Shown here: in pieces, positions 63,201-64,000 of the stretch | Numbering within the stretch: the stretch's first letter is position 1 | Layout of the letters: each line of letters begins with the position of its first letter | NCBI GenBank assembly: GCA_037379345.1 | Contig: CM074512.1 | Span: 33,542,001 to 33,606,000, forward strand | Length of the DNA: 64,000 nucleotides | Direction: 5' to 3' | Source of the DNA: Perna viridis | Taxonomy: Eukaryota | Position numbers and translations under genes: made by a program | The notes under the pieces: model-generated | Database searches by the model: none | What the model was told of the DNA's origin: nothing | The model's input: the letters and a program-made list of their open reading frames with translations, nothing else

Positions 63201-64000
63201 TTAACATCCCTGATTTTGGTTTGGTTAGGTCAGGGTTTTTATCTTGTCATCTTGTTTGAGCCTTATATAAGGCTTTAGAATAGTCAATTTTGGTGAAAAT
63301 TATAGTCAAACACCAGTAGTCATTAAGTTAGATAGAGAAATTAAGGTTGATAATTGAAGCTTCAATAAATATTCTCATTTGGCAGAGATTAATAGTCTCT
63401 GTAATATGGAATTTTGAAAAATGAAGAAAATTGATACTCTAAAATTGAGGTACCTTCTTTAAGTGTACTGTTGTGAAGAATGTCCTCTTGAAAAAGAATA
63501 TATTATAGAAAAAATAGAGAAAAGAATTCTTATTATCCAATTTAGGGCCATCAAGAGGCATGAACATATATAACCAATTAAAAATTTGACATTAACATTA
63601 ACATCATACACATGTACATATTTAAACCATAAAAAACTTTTCTTTTTTAGGTAAGTGGTGTATTTTTGTTCTTTTGTTGTTCTTGGTTTGGTAAGTAACT
63701 GTTTCACTTATGATTATTTCCATTGAAAAAAACTGTGAACTTCTAACGTCCAGTGATAAATAACTGCATTTTCAAATAAATATGTCAGTGCCAAAAAGTA
63801 TTAAACCATGAAAGTTTTGAATCATCTGCCAACTTTACCAACTCTAGTTAAGAACAAATCTTTTTAATGATTTTGATTGATTGATTAGCAATTGGAAGTT
63901 TTGCCCTTAGTTTTGCCTATTTATCAGTTTTTTTGCACTTTATTTCCAAAAGACTACAAAAATATTCCAGCTATTAAGAGTTTATTGTCACTTTGATGGG

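Overview
AT-rich, intron-rich animal genomic DNA, not prokaryotic. The repeat landscape looks lophotrochozoan, probably a bivalve mollusc (inference). The + strand carries 17 consecutive internal coding exons (637-35793) of the 26S proteasome subunit gene PSMD1/RPN2. All have GT-AG boundaries with matching phases and splice into one open frame of about 574 codons. The gene's start and its 3' third lie outside the window. After the exon ending ...SLGFLLF-R (phase 2, 35793) no further PSMD1 exon was found, so the remaining >28 kb appears to be one giant intron. Inside it, on the opposite strand, lies the large terminal exon (60200-58345) of a 5-HT2-type serotonin receptor (TM3-TM7, with a ~380-aa third intracellular loop). 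This mirrors the vertebrate arrangement of HTR2B nested antisense in a large PSMD1 intron, apparently at the homologous intron position, which would make the nesting older than the protostome-deuterostome split. The introns also hold duplicated splice sites, a head-to-head tRNA-derived SINE foldback, MITEs, a deleted hAT-like element with a nested hairpin, Helentron-associated repeats, retroelement 3' ends and several minisatellites.
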